DNA of 63,735 nt, the filler included, from Folioceros fuciformis (taxonomy: Eukaryota): NCBI GenBank assembly GCA_049999805.1. It is 11 parts of 11 records of this genome, joined end to end, with 100 filler letters (N's around TTAATTAATTAA, not from the genome) between each part and the next. Parts side by side here need not be neighbours in the genome. Positions count along the whole stretch, not along the records: positions 1 to 24,497 come from JBNGIO010000502.1; positions 24,598 to 27,629 come from JBNGIO010000506.1; 9 more parts are not named here. The stretch is one strand, 5' to 3'. Positions 12,623 to 25,420 of the stretch are shown here, piece by piece. A model generated the notes under the pieces. The model did not search any database. It saw only the letters and a list, made by a program, of their open reading frames with translations, and was not told the origin of the DNA. Within the stretch, counting starts at the first letter, position 1. Each line of letters starts with the position of its first letter. Both the position numbers and the translations under genes were made by a program.

Positions 12623-13963
12623 CATCAGCTGATACTTCCTTATATATCTGTTGCAAGTATGTATTTGCCAATTGCCAACGAGATGGTAATTGAAAGAAGG
12701 CCTCAACAACTTAAAAAACTCCTTACAACTCTCACTTTCCACAATATTAAAAGGCAACGACATCTCATATAAAGCTTTAGCAAAAGAAACTTGTAACTTT
12801 GCATTTTCCTCACAGGACATAATATCTACAAATGCATTTGGTGCTGTTTTCTTCCCACTCGTGCAGGCACCTATGGAAATAGCAGTCAGAGTACCTTGTT
12901 CAAATCTTGGTTGCACACCGGCCTTCATTATAGCATTTTTCACCTCCGCCACCACATTTTGTAACTCCTGTGCCTGGTCACTTGCTAAAAAACTTGGACA
13001 TGCACCAAGTAAATGGAACTTCAAGCATGAAACATTTTTATTTGATAGGACTTGGGAGCAAAAGTTGTATTGTCGTTTAACTTCATTGCCACCCTGGATT
13101 ATCTGAAACAAATCTCTAGCCCAACTTTTCTTGGTATTACATGGCCTTTTTCCAGAAACTTAGTGGAAGGGCACTGGGTCCCCTTTTAGCAGGTCGTCTA
13201 CTATGCTCCATGTTTAGCAACCTGGACCTGGCACATCACAAAACAAAGCATTTAGATACCTTCATATATCTTCAGATAACACATCACAAAACATAGCATC
13301 CAAATAACATGTGTGAGAACAACATGGTTGCTGTTCTTTCAGCAGCATGCAGAACAACATTGTGTGAGAACCGCATGCATGTGAGAAAATCTGCGAGAAA
13401 ACTGCGAACAACATGCATGCAAGAAAACCTGCAAGAAAACTGCAAACAGAATGCATGCGAGAAAACTGCGAACAACATGCCTACGAGAAAACCTGCGAGA
13501 AAACTGCGAACAACATGCCTACGAGAAAACCTGCGAGAAAACTACGAATAGCAGCACGTTAGTCTGTGCACTAAAGGTACTCCAGGCAGGGTTTGTAGAT
13601 GGGCGATGCTTCTTCGAGCTCAAAGCTGCACGATGAAGTACACGAAAACTAACAATTCTCATCAAGAACGATGGCAGAACGCGCTACCGAGATTGGAGAA
13701 AGTGCACCAGAAAATTGAGTGTGTTTGTACGCACGCTTCTCGGATTGTATTTTATGGTAATTACTGAGTTGAAAATTACCATAAACTGTATTTTTATTTT
13801 ACATATATATGTAATTTTACAATATATAATATAATTACATGATATGTAATTATATTTTTCTTTACTATAAAATGTAAGTATAAAATAAAATTTTACTTTA
13901 TAATAGTAATTACGATAGTAATTACCACCCAAAATGGTCTTACCCGTAATACCCACAAGCCTA
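12623..13963 (-). mobile_element. 5' part of a hAT-like DNA transposon (BED finger transposase remnant, subterminal repeats, TAGG terminus)
   Basis: KRQ(Y)NFC...LKFHLLGAC BED finger and LPFNIVESESCKEFFKLLRPSF; putative end TAGGCTTGTGGGTATTACGGG at 13963. Confidence 0.75.
13300..13550. repeat. Tandem repeat of about 38 bp (GAAAACTGCGAACAACATGCCTACGAGAAAACCTGCGA)
   Basis: Several imperfect copies upstream of the hAT transposase remnant. Confidence 0.85.
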
Positions 13964-14514
13964 AGCCAGGCTAGGCGGTCCCCGGAACTGAGATAGTACT
14001 CGGTCAAAATGACACCCTCACGGTGTGGCAATCCATACCTCTGCGTGAACGCTTTTTCGTCATTGCCTGCAATTGATACCTTACGATCGCAGGGGCAGTC
14101 GCACCGTGGACGACACATGGGGACAAAACCCACTGCACTGTGGCAATGGAAACGCTAGCATATCGGATCTTGAGCTTCAGAGGCATTTCTTCAGATAGTA
14201 CACTCATCTCTTCACCTAGTAGAAAAGATCGAAGCTTGCTTTTCTCATCGCCGAATTCAACATGAATAATTTGACCCAGCGAAGTTAACTCAAACCTGGA
14301 CTGGCGGGGAACGGAAAAGGTGTATCAATCAAACGAATGAAATTTGGGAAGAACAACTACGATTCCGTTGATTCATCCTTCTGGGCTAAACACGGCTTAA
14401 CATGCCGTTTCGTCATGAAGGGTGGATGGGTGACACTTGCCACACTTGCAGATTCTGTGTTATGTACCACTTTGAACGTATAAAGGTACGTCAGGATTTA
14501 CCCAATATAACCAA

Positions 14515-17500
14515 TCATCTAGCTTCCCCCAGCAGTTTCTCCAACGAGCTAAGAAACTCCAAAAATTCACCCACGTTATCCTGAACCTGTAACAGAAGGT
14601 AAAAATTTAGAAGACTTTGCTCGGATGTTCGACAAAGGGGGTTATTCCGTTCAATCAGTCCTTGCCCAGAAGCTTTACCTTCATGGTCTTGCTGTACGCT
14701 TGCCACAAACTGGGATCTCCTCGAAAGAGCTCCAAAAGAATCTACACATCACCAGTTTTGAAACGTCAGCGAAATTGTGATCAGATCCCACCATAGAAAA
14801 ACCACCTGCACGTTCTAACCTCTGTCTTCTTGAGAAGAGTAGCTAACACCACTATCCATTCCCGAAACCCAACAGCTCTCATGTGATTAAGCAGAAACTC
14901 CGCATCCAATCGACTTTGCACTGAATCCATATTGAACTGCCATCATTCGAACGTTCGTTTTGTCAAAACATGAGCACACACAACCAATTAAAATCTACTG
15001 ACTGATTTCTTCGGCGAGTTAGCACACCCTTTCTCCAATGACTTGAAGAGCAGATGAGAAATCGTCCAACCGCGCTGATTTCCCCCTCTCGCTCTGCAAA
15101 AATTCCTACATAAGAGGTCTGCATAGTCAGCCCCTCCAAATGTTCATCTTCAAGGTCATTACATCGAAGCAGGGACATCAGGTGGTATTAAGCGTCTCAC
15201 AGTCAAGTCAAACTGAGTGCTCCGAACGAATGACACAAGCGCCGGGAGCTCCTTCCGGACCATCAAGGAGATTGCATGTTCTCCGAGAATGTTCTTCACC
15301 GTCAAGTAGTGCATGTTCAGGTCCAATGGTTGGGACCTGACATTGGTGGAGTGTTAGCCAGAAACAGGCACATGACGGTCTAGATTTTGACACCACAAAC
15401 TCTCGTTTTCTCCTTAACCAGACATTAGGGACCTACACAAGCAGTTCTCCTGACTCAGTAGGATTGTGGACGTACGCTGGGGTTGAGCCTTTGAAACCAA
15501 GGAAAAAGGTTGTCAAAAGGCCGCTGTTGTTCCTGTCTGCTTCCTTCTCAGAAGATTCGTTTTCTTTTCCACACCTGAGTAAGAACCTCACCTGCGAAAA
15601 AAATGATATCCCAGTATTAGAAGGTAATTACTCATTACGCGTTCGATATCACTTACTGCCTTACTTGCTACAAAAGCATCTTACCAACTCTCCTGCCAGT
15701 TCATACATAGAGACTTCAAGAGTTGCCTGCATACACCAAGCAAGAAATTAAGCGACCCGAGCAACCTATAGCACAACCTTCACATAAAAACAAGGCAGGC
15801 TTTACATACTCCTGCTCTAAGGGCCTGCTCAGCACCTGTAGCAACCGGATGGCACTCAGTTGGCTGGTTACAGGGCCCTCCAATTTCTCAATGACCTGCA
15901 GCAACAAATTAGCCATACTGCCTGCACACAGCCTGCTCCACGACGTCCACACTACTAGTCCTTATAGATCAAGGGAGCAAATGATATTCTCCAGATAGAA
16001 CTCACAAGCTTAAACCACGTAAAGCATCTACCCACCAGGATGTAACAGGTAGCTGTGCGATAGCATCTCCTTTCAAAACACTCTTCAAAGAGTCTGAATG
16101 CAACCAAATTGCAAATCACACACAAGCCCACTCCCTTAATCTCAAAAGAGCATGCTGCACAAACTACAGATCGGTTCATATGTTTCTTATTTAAATTATT
16201 CGTAAATTATTCGTCAGCCTGAACATAGACCATAACACATACAGCCAGCCCCAAAAACTGTGATTCAAACATCATTCAGAACCAACAGGTTAAACTTACA
16301 TACTGGGTAGACTTCCCAGCTGCAGCAAAGAGCTCAGACCAATGTCGCGAATCTGTTTTCCTTGCAACACTGACGACTACGTCCAGATAGTCTGGAAAAT
16401 GCCGTATAAGGTCACAGACAAGCTGTAGGAGCTGGGGCACCACCTTTAAAGGATTGGATTTCCCTCGTTTTCTGTTCAGGCTCTGACTGCAGAGCACCAA
16501 TGAAAGTTAGCTCGCCATACAAAGAACCCATAGGCAAACAAGACCTCCATACCTGCAATACATTGCAGCAAGGCTTCTACTTTTACCTTGACATAGCAGC
16601 ATCAAAGACGGTAAAGAGCAACCACTCAAGTGAATGCGAAAAATGAGGCCTTCCAGCAGACAGCTTTGCAAGCTGCACTGCTTCCTCCATTTTGTCTCTC
16701 TGCCAAAGGGAGGGGACAGCAATGCTACACAGCGCCAACACAGAAGGAAAAAAATTGCAACAAGAAGAAGATCCTGATACAGCTGGGGGCACCTACCTGC
16801 AACAGATGCCGTAATAAGCAAGGCAGAATGGGTTGGGCTTGAGGTGTGGGCTCAAAGCAGGGCATTTCAGAACAAGCTGACAAAGCAAGACGCTGAGACA
16901 CGCCAACAATCACCCCAGCACTTGGGCAAAGACCCAATGGATAAACCTCCCTATCAAAATCAAGTTCAGGATCCAGCTGCAGTGCGCCACAAGTCAAATA
17001 AGTTGTCACCGTGGCAGATGGACAGAGACACTCATCAAGTAGAAATCAACATTTTCACGTAAATGCCACCATGCTGATAAGGAAAGTGAGTTAAGCTGCT
17101 TTAGGGCACCAATGGTCGTCCACTGGAAATAAAAGGCTTTGCTTCACCACCTGCAAGAGATCTTGTGCTTGAGAGCAATCCTCCTCTGAGGATGGATACC
17201 AAACCTGACCAGAGGATGGCACCTCATCAAATTATTACAGCGGCCGACCTTCTACTGAGAATAGTAATGGTGTGTATGGGCACAAGTCTAGGGCCCTGAC
17301 CACTTACTTGCATTCCACGATGTCCATATGCCCACCAAGGAACCTCCTTGATCAGATTGGCTTCTTCCTTTGGTCGTCCACAAGTGAGCCAGAACCGCTC
17401 TACACCCGAAACAAGCCTGCGCTCGCTGCCCTGGTCAAGGTCTAGCAGCGATAACTCACCATCTGCACGAAGTACCATACACCTGCATGGCTAACTTCCT

Positions 17501-20500
17501 TGTTAAGCTGCTAAGGCCACACTTGATCACTGATCTTCCTTGCTTGTCTACACATGGAGTCCATACAACACTGTACTCGGAATGCACGTCACTAACCTTG
17601 TAGGCTGTCTTAGCATCGCATCAGCCATAAAATCCCGGGCTCCTTCCTGAAGCCTTGTGCTGCTTGCATCCAACTGAGAAGTGGGAACGAACTGCATGGC
17701 TATCGGAGGCTTCCTTGTACTCATAATAGAGAGATCTCGCACTGTAGTAAGCTGCATAGATATCAAACTGCTGACTTTCAGGCACTCATTTGGCTCACAA
17801 TCTACTCAAAAGATGACCGGAAATAGCCCACATAATTATAAGGCCTTTGATCTCAGAAAATCACAAGAAACCTCCTTTCTGAGAGCATCACCTGATTCAG
17901 AGAGCGGTCTACAGAGACAGAGGATGTACCTGTACGCTAGCAGGCCTGAGCGGTGACAGAGTACCAAGTATGTGAACATGGAAAACACGAATATCAAATG
18001 GTGGGCAGGCAACAAGAATGTACTCTTGCCACGAATCCATTGCAATGGGCTTGTCGAGAAGTTGCTTTCGGCACAGCAAAGACGTTTCATCAAGATGATA
18101 CCGGGGATACAGACTTAATTCATACCTGTGATAGTACAAGAACAATGCAACTCAGCTCACAACTGGTAACGAGCAAAAAGACCAAGAGAACGTGATGCGG
18201 TACCTGTCTGCAAATCACCACGCATAACTTACATCTTACTGGCCTCACGAAAGTTGCAAACCACCACAATTTTCCCAAGCCACAGCAATCCTACACAATT
18301 TATTTGACGCTCCTGTATTACATCTCCAAACACTCGCCACTTTTTTGACCTCAAGTCATACAGAATTAGGCCCTGACGACCAGCAATGGCCAGGTAAGTT
18401 CCATCTTCATTTGCCGCAATGTGAATGATAGGCCAATTCACCCCAATGTACGATTGCTACAGGAGAAACAGCCAACAGGCCCAGATATCAGGTTAGTACT
18501 TGCCAACATTGCCCATTGTCAAAAACCCATAAGAGCTCACACTCACAGGTATCACAAGGTGGTGAATTTTCAGATTGTCATCCTCATCTGACTCCAAGAG
18601 CAGCACGCGGTCTTCTGCTTGCAGAACTTGCCAAACATGAGAGATTCCTGCAACACTTTTGCTCAAACAGCTTTTGGCGAATGAGAATTCTACAAGCCTT
18701 GAAACATGCCCTTGCTCAACAGCAAAGAGCTGGTAGCCATGCTCTCCCCAGGATAAAGCAGCAACACCGGTAACCATCGGCTCACTCTTTGACAGATCAT
18801 TTCCTGGGTAATGTGAGGAATGGGAGGAAAAAGAATTGCTCATACTACCCTGCCGTATGGTACACATCAAGCGGCACCCTGACATGGACCACACAGCAAG
18901 CCCCCTGTGCCGCCATCCAACAGCAACTGCTGCATTGTCGGGAGTCCACCGGATGCAATTAACTGGCCCCGTATCTTCAGCTGAATAACTGCAACAAGAC
19001 CCGTGTTATGAAAAAGGCTCAAGATAACTCAAAGCTACAACACAGAATACATACCAAAGAAAATTCTAGAACACGGGCTTATTTTGAAAAAATAAAACAA
19101 ACCAAGTAGCAGTATCACAAACAGATTATGACAAACAAACCACTTCAACAGATACTTTTTCACATAAGGATCAAAATCGCAGCATGGACACCTTACCCCC
19201 AGTCAAACAGGGAAATGGACCGAACAAGTGATGCATTGTCTGCAAGATTGAACAGTTCTACAGTGCCTCGCCTTGTTCCAACCGCTAGTATTCGCTGCTC
19301 ATGTGCAATTGATGTGCACACCCCATCCAAGACCGCAATCCACCTCTCCGGATTTATATCAATTCCTTGCTTCAATCCCTTCCGCGTCACAGAGCAAAGT
19401 AGCACGCGGCCATCAAGAAGTACAGCAACAAGAAGGCACAATGTCCTAGACAACTCCAAATGCAGAAAGCCATTATTTGAGGTCCGCCCGCTGCTGGACT
19501 TGTTGAAAGACGGCAGATTTGCAAGAGTTGACAACATTGGTGACCGTGGACTACCATTAGCCTCAGCCACATAAGCCGGTCCTACAGCCGCGACTAGCCC
19601 CTGGAAAATATCAGCAGCTCCTAAAATCTGGATGCACATTGCAGATGCAACTGTTAAAGATCAGTGACTAGACATTTTCCTTCCAGGAGAAGATAAGTGG
19701 ACAAGTTGCAAGTCCATGTATATTTACCTCCCCGCTCCATGAAACTAGGTGCAATGAACCATTTGAACACCCCAAAGTTATGCTTGCGTCATCTGCTGCA
19801 AGACAACCCCTGCACCAAATCCTTTCTTCGTGAACCGTACAAGAATTGGCATGATGAATTTCACCTTGACACGTGGCCACCGCCAGAAACCAAAGAATGC
19901 GAGTCCACTCACACAGTAACTGCCCGGTTGAATAGAGGCAAACTTGAACTGGAGATGAACTTAATAATCACGTTAGATAAACCATGCGAATCATCTCCAG
20001 ACACTCGAAGTTGCTTCCCAGAACGGTTTACAGCATAAAAATGCAGGCCATTCCCAGAGGTCTGAAGACACGCAACAACAGAGGATGAGCAACGCAGCAA
20101 TCTTGTGGGTAAAATCTTCCAGTCTGCAGCAATCCACCCGACACATCCCACCGTAACTGGGAAAAACGTCAAGGAGAAGGACAATCACCCCACACCGGCA
20201 ATCTAGAAAAGACGAGAAAGTAACGTCTGGTTGGTTCAGTTCCAGGACAAAAGGCACAGCTCATGACATCGAACACTGCCATGTAAGGTAGGCTACAGGA
20301 AGACTCACCAGGACAGCGACGGTGCTGGTAGTTGTATTCCATACAGCTTGGACATTCACACCTCCTTCTTCGACAGACTTGGAGTCTCGGACGTGTTGCC
20401 CTAGCTTGAGCTTGTGCTGCGATTTAACAAGCAGCGAATAAGATCTCTCAAGAGCTACCGGAATAGCTGAGCTCCAATAATGTCGACACGATAAAGATAG

Positions 20501-20777
20501 AATCCCAAGGTCAAAGATGAAGGGTATCCACTACTAGCCCATCATCCGATGAGAACACGGTTCCCCTATCAATTAAACAGATCTTGCAGGAGCTCCTAAC
20601 CGCAGGAATCGGATACTGCCCAACACTAACCTGATCGGCACTCCAGACTTGTATGTGGGTGGATGATACGAGGAGCAGAAGTCCGCGTGCAAACGCGAGG
20701 TGGACCACGGGCTGCGAGGTGAGCGAGAGACCCACAGTGATGGGGAGGGTCTTGGGCCAGCCATATGCCATATACAT
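14515..20777 (-). CDS. RIC1: RIC1, subunit of the RIC1-RGP1 Rab6 GEF; multi-exon gene
   Basis: N-terminus MYMAYGWPK (exon 1 at 20631-20777); VWSMSGCRLMCTIRQ, NWPIIHIAANEDGTYLAIAG, ELDFDREVYPLG, FSHSLEWLLF, YLDVVVSVARKTD; stop TGA at 14515. Internal exon boundaries not all enumerated. Confidence 0.93.
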
Positions 20778-20920
20778 GGTGGCTGCTTGTCGCAATTCGC
20801 TTCCAGCCGGGCATGCCTCAGCCTAACGAGCTAGAGAAGGAATGCCGCTGCGAGTGATTTACAAGCACTGGAGCCTTGTTCGCATTGAAAAGGCCACCTT
20901 GCGTCGACGGACGGAGGGGT

Positions 20921-21229
20921 CCACCCTTCTTATCTTTCTTAACATCGTGGGGTGTGGCTGATCCGCGAGACCTGGTTGTCCGGGGGTTGGCATTTGTATG
21001 AGTGAAAAGTATTCAGTAAGCCCCATCCACCCTTTTTATCTTTCTTAACATAGTGGGGTGTGTGGCTGATCCGCGAGACCTGGTTGTCCGGTGGTTGGCA
21101 TTTGTATGTGTGAAAAGTATTCAGTAAGCCCCCTCCACCCTTTTTATCTTTCTTAACATGGTGGGGTGTGGCTGATCCGCGAGACCTGGGATTGGCATTT
21201 GTATGTGTTAAAAGTATTCAGTAAGCCCC
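20921..21229. repeat. Three tandem units of about 107 bp just upstream of RIC1
   Basis: Units start at 20921, 21027 and 21135; the third has a short internal deletion. Confidence 0.9.
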
Positions 21230-22395
21230 GACCTGCGAGTCTTGAAGTTCTCAGTAGAAACCCGCGGCGCTTGTGCCAGAGTTAGGGTTTTGGGTGGGCC
21301 CCACCTCGGTCATGATCCCGTCGTGGTTGCAGAGACCACGATCGCGGTCGTAGAGTTGGGTCTGCGGTAGCTAGGCTAAATGAGGGGTAGTGGTAGGGCG
21401 TAGTCGGTAGAAGAACTGGTAGTAGACAAGGCCTGACCTAGGTGAGAGTCCGTATTAGTCACAACATTTTCCTCCACATTGGACTCGGGAGGAAATGCAG
21501 GCCATGAAAGATCAGCAGGAACTACTCTTGACTCAAGTCAAGAAGGTCCACAAAGCCAACTAGGAAATGCAACAGGAGCTGTTGAGGGCACAGGATTAGG
21601 AAGCAGCTGCAGTGGAGAAGGTCTGAAGCTCTCGGACCGTTACAAATGTGAACAGGATGAGGCTCGAAGCCGGGTGAAAGGGAAAGGGAAAGTCAAACGG
21701 AGCAGCAGGTCCATCAGCGAGGTAGCCGAAGCCACTGCCGGTCAAAGGGAGACCATGCCGATAGAGGACAACCCTACCAGAGTAGAGGAAGCAACAATAG
21801 TTGTGGAGCCCACAAGCGAAAGAGCTCGGATGGCGACCCGCACCGGGAGGACGGAGTTGGGAACAACAGTAGCCACAGGAGCAGAGGATTCCCCAATACC
21901 CTCTGTGGAGGAAAATATTGTGTCCGGGGACACCGCGAGGTCCACACAAACTCTCTATGTCGTTGTAGCCGTGGGATTCGATCCCAAGGGAATGATTTGT
22001 GCCAAGTAACAAAGGTTTCTTCTACTACTGGCTCTTACCTAGGTCCGACCTTACCCCCACCACTTCTACTACCTACTAGTTCAACTACCACTACCCCTCA
22101 GTTAGCCTAGCTACCACGGGTCCTACTCTACGACCAGGGTTGGGGTCTCCACGACCACTGCCCCCTCTACGATCAGTTGGGGTTTCCACCACGGTGGCGG
22201 ATTCCGCTACCGTGGTGGGTCCCACCCAGAGTCCTAACTAACACATGTTGACACCGGCAGCATCGCGGGTTTCTTCTCATGAGTTTCTGCCCAGAACCCC
22301 TAAAGCTGTAGGTCGGGGTTATTAAACACCCCTCACAACCACAAATACACATTTAGACAACTCGGTTCCACAGAACGACCACACTCCACGCTTCA
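21135..22395. repeat. Diverged inverted pair of one element-like sequence (arms about 21135-21480 and 21904-22395)
   Basis: Colinear reverse-complement blocks, e.g. CCCCGACCT/AGGTCGGGG, GGTAGCTAGGCTAAATGAGGGGTAGTGGTAG, CACAACATTTTCCTCCACA/TGTGGAGGAAAATATTGTG. Confidence 0.75.
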
Positions 22396-23039
22396 CACCC
22401 ACATCGCGCTTCCAGCACACGCCAAACTCTGATGCACAATTGCTCCTCGCGAACTCGCTCCAACCCTCAACAACATCCACGATTTCCCAAGCGGTTTCTT
22501 AGCACTCCCTTACACCCCACTCTCTTAGCAGTGTTTCCCATCACCCGAAGTCTCTCCATGGATTCTTCGGCAACCTCGTCGCAACTTTAACTCTCTTCTC
22601 AAACACTCAATCTTGCAGCACACCCATCCGCAGCCAACAGTTCGGGAAATAAGGGAAGGAGAGACGCTCCCTCCACTCCGCAGTCGGCGGATTCGTTCCC
22701 TTCTCCGCAAGCATGGCATTACTCACTCTCTCTCTCTCCTCACTCACTCGTTTCTTCACTTCTCACCTTCTTACGCGATCATATCTCAACACTCACTCAT
22801 ACCAACACCAAATCCAAGTTGCAGCCGACAGTCGGGAAATAAGGGAAGGAGGAAATCTCCCTCCACTCTGCGTTCGTCGGATACGTCTCCCTCCCTTGAC
22901 TACAGGGCTGGTGGAAGAATTGAGACTCGAGTTCATGGCAAAACGGTGGAACTACGTGAACCCATGCTTGGTACATGAGTGTGCACAACAACTGCGAGGT
23001 AGGACGAGGGTGGAAGGTATAAGGGGAAGACCCCAGGAC

Positions 23040-23281
23040 TGGGATGTGGAGCTGGTATTCCAGATATGTCAACGTGGACTAGCTGAAGTAGGTTTATTGC
23101 TCTATGTACAGGTGTACTTAGGAAGAGGGACTCCATTTGCTTTGCTAGGATGTAAGAATCACATGTGGGTAGGTGCTTGAAACACTTGGGAAGGAGTTCT
23201 TTGTGACATTCAGTGATAGACATGTCAATAAGCTTGGACTTGTTGACATGGCCTAGCTTGGCATGCCACAATATGGCTGCC
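23040..23281 (-). mobile_element. Copia GAG-pre-integrase fragment
   Basis: WHAKLGHVNKSKL...LQLVHVDISG; homologous to 52080-52310. Confidence 0.75.
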
Positions 23282-23690
23282 TGTGAAGAACCGGGTTTAC
23301 TAGCTCTTGTGGAGTGAGCAGAGTGTTCTTGTGAAAAAGGGTTAATAGTGGTATGGTTTGGTTTTCTTTTTCTACTTATTTTTCCTAATTTTTCTTTATT
23401 TTTTGGTCATTTTTCCTATTTTTTCTAGTACTAATAAGATTAATTGACCAATAAATAATTGGTTTGGTTATTGGAGTGGGTATATGTTTGGTTCCAGACC
23501 CAGAAAAGTTTAGGTCTGGTACCGGACATAGGGTCGGAAAAATTTGAATTTAGGTTTGGTGATTGGTTTAATATTAGTTAAAGATAGATAATATTAAATA
23601 AAATTAATATTATTTAATTATTTGAACCTAGGAGCGAGAATATGGGATATATCAGGGTCATATGTTAAGGTGGTCTAGCTGGTTAACAGG
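23282..23690. repeat. Dispersed AT-rich LTR-like repeat, family C
   Basis: Reverse-complement homolog at about 54370-54793; both copies begin TGTGAA. Confidence 0.65.
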
Positions 23691-24497
23691 GTTGCATGAT
23701 TTGCAAAACGGCCATGAGGACCACGCCCTAGCTAGGGTAGGACTGTGGCCGCTCCCATCCTCATTCCTCTCCCTCCCTTCCTCCCTTCTCCCACATTTTT
23801 CTTCCCCACTTCCTTTCCCCCTTCTTTCTCAATCTTCCAGTCTTATTTCTTCCTTAGATCCAAGTTGCAGGCAGGGATGCCGTCTAGGCTTTCAGGAGGC
23901 CAGCTACGCTGCATCAGTGGGCTATGGACTGGTCATCCACCCTAGGCATTGGAGATCACAACGGACTGATGCAGATCCAGCTAGGCTTCTCGTGAGTGCT
24001 GGGGTCCAGCATGCCAGCGCCACTGTAGGGTCGAAACTACTACATGTTTTGATCTTGAGCCTGGGCAGGCCTCTTTATGGTATTATCTGTTTTTATGGGC
24101 CCCTTCCAAGTTAGAGGTGAAACGCTTTACAACAGGGGCTAACCTCTTTCCTGTGGAAGCGTACTAGACCGCACGCCCACTACTAACCAGGGAGCATGAG
24201 ACTACCCACCATGCTGCAGGAATTGATACAGGCTGCAAGTTCAACCTAGTGCGCCACCAATCTGCTCCGGCGCATTCCGCAACTATGTGTCATCCAACCT
24301 CGCCTCGATCTTGATCTTCTCTTTGGCGCCCGAAGCAACCGTCTCTAGCCCCGTTCTCCACACGCCCTCCTCCTGTCTCTGCCCACCCTCTCCCACCAAA
24401 AGTAAGTTAGCACCCGACCAGGGTCCTTCCCCATCTCACCATCACGATGCTAGGACCCGATTATTATCCGCCGATTTCCTACTCCGCCAGTTTGGTC

Positions 24498-24597
24498 NNN
24501 NNNNNNNNNNNNNNNNNNNNNNNNNNNNNNNNNNNNNNNNNTTAATTAATTAANNNNNNNNNNNNNNNNNNNNNNNNNNNNNNNNNNNNNNNNNNNN
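24498..24597. other. Artificial contig spacer N44-TTAATTAATTAA-N44 (also at 27630, 30644, 37823, 43150, 48460, 54197, 57110, 58775, 61985)
   Basis: Identical 100-nt block occurs ten times; the core gives stop codons in all six frames. Confidence 0.97.
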
Positions 24598-25420
24598 TCA
24601 TAGGAGAGTGGTCTACCTCATGCCCATGAGTGTCCGAGCTTTTGCGAATTGCTCCATAGAGAGACCCTTGGTAAGAATATCTGCAAGATTCTAACTGATG
24701 TGAACTTTGACAATATGACCCTCTTGTCTTCCAACACGTCTAGAATAAAGTGATACTTCACTTCCACATGTTTGGTCTTCGCATGAAACACTGGATTCTT
24801 CGCCAATTGGATAGCACTTTGGCTATCACAATGCAACATTAGCAGCTCAACCTTGATCCCCAAATCTCCCTAGCATTATGCACGATTGCAAACGAGATCC
24901 CCATGAGACTGCCCCTTCACTACACATGAAGACATAACTTGATGTGGACCTCATTTTGTCCATATCCCCTATATAATCAGCATCCGTATATCCAATGACA
25001 GATGTATCTTCACTACCAAAACACATGCACAAAGCTTTTGTACCATTTAAATACCTCATAACTCCTTTTATTGCCTCCCAATGCTTCTTGCTAGAATATG
25101 GCTCTAATACTAGTTGAAGGATCGTTAGGAGAGCCACATGGTAAAGGAGGAGAGGAAGAAATAAGGAGGAGAGGAGAAAGATAGGTCTCACATTCAGACA
25201 GGTCTCACACTCTGTATCTCAATATTGCAAGGGAGCTCAAAAGGGTATTTATACCCTCTAGAAGAGCTCCCAAGAAAGCTTCACAAGAAGCGCACAGGAA
25301 GCTGCGGAAGAAGCTTCCTATATATTAGCTTAAGCTAATCTAAACAAATGATACTTAACTAGACACTAATCTTAGACTAAACACATTAGTCTAAGCACAT
25401 TGGGCTTTAATAACCCTATA
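24598..25420 (-). mobile_element. Internally deleted Copia: 5' LTR 25115-25420 and PBS joined directly to RT end/RNaseH
   Basis: LTR of the same family as 33196-33478; degenerate tRNA-iMet PBS at 25101-25112 adjoins KKHWEAIKGVMRYL...GYTDAD...HAKTKHV. Confidence 0.8.

Noticed and set aside
13964-14300. Cys-containing short ORFs between the hAT end and RIC1
   Set aside because: No recognisable motif or consistent gene structure.
24542-24553. TTAATTAATTAA recurring ten times as a possible biological motif
   Set aside because: Always centred in an identical N-padded 100-nt block; it is an artificial six-frame stop linker.
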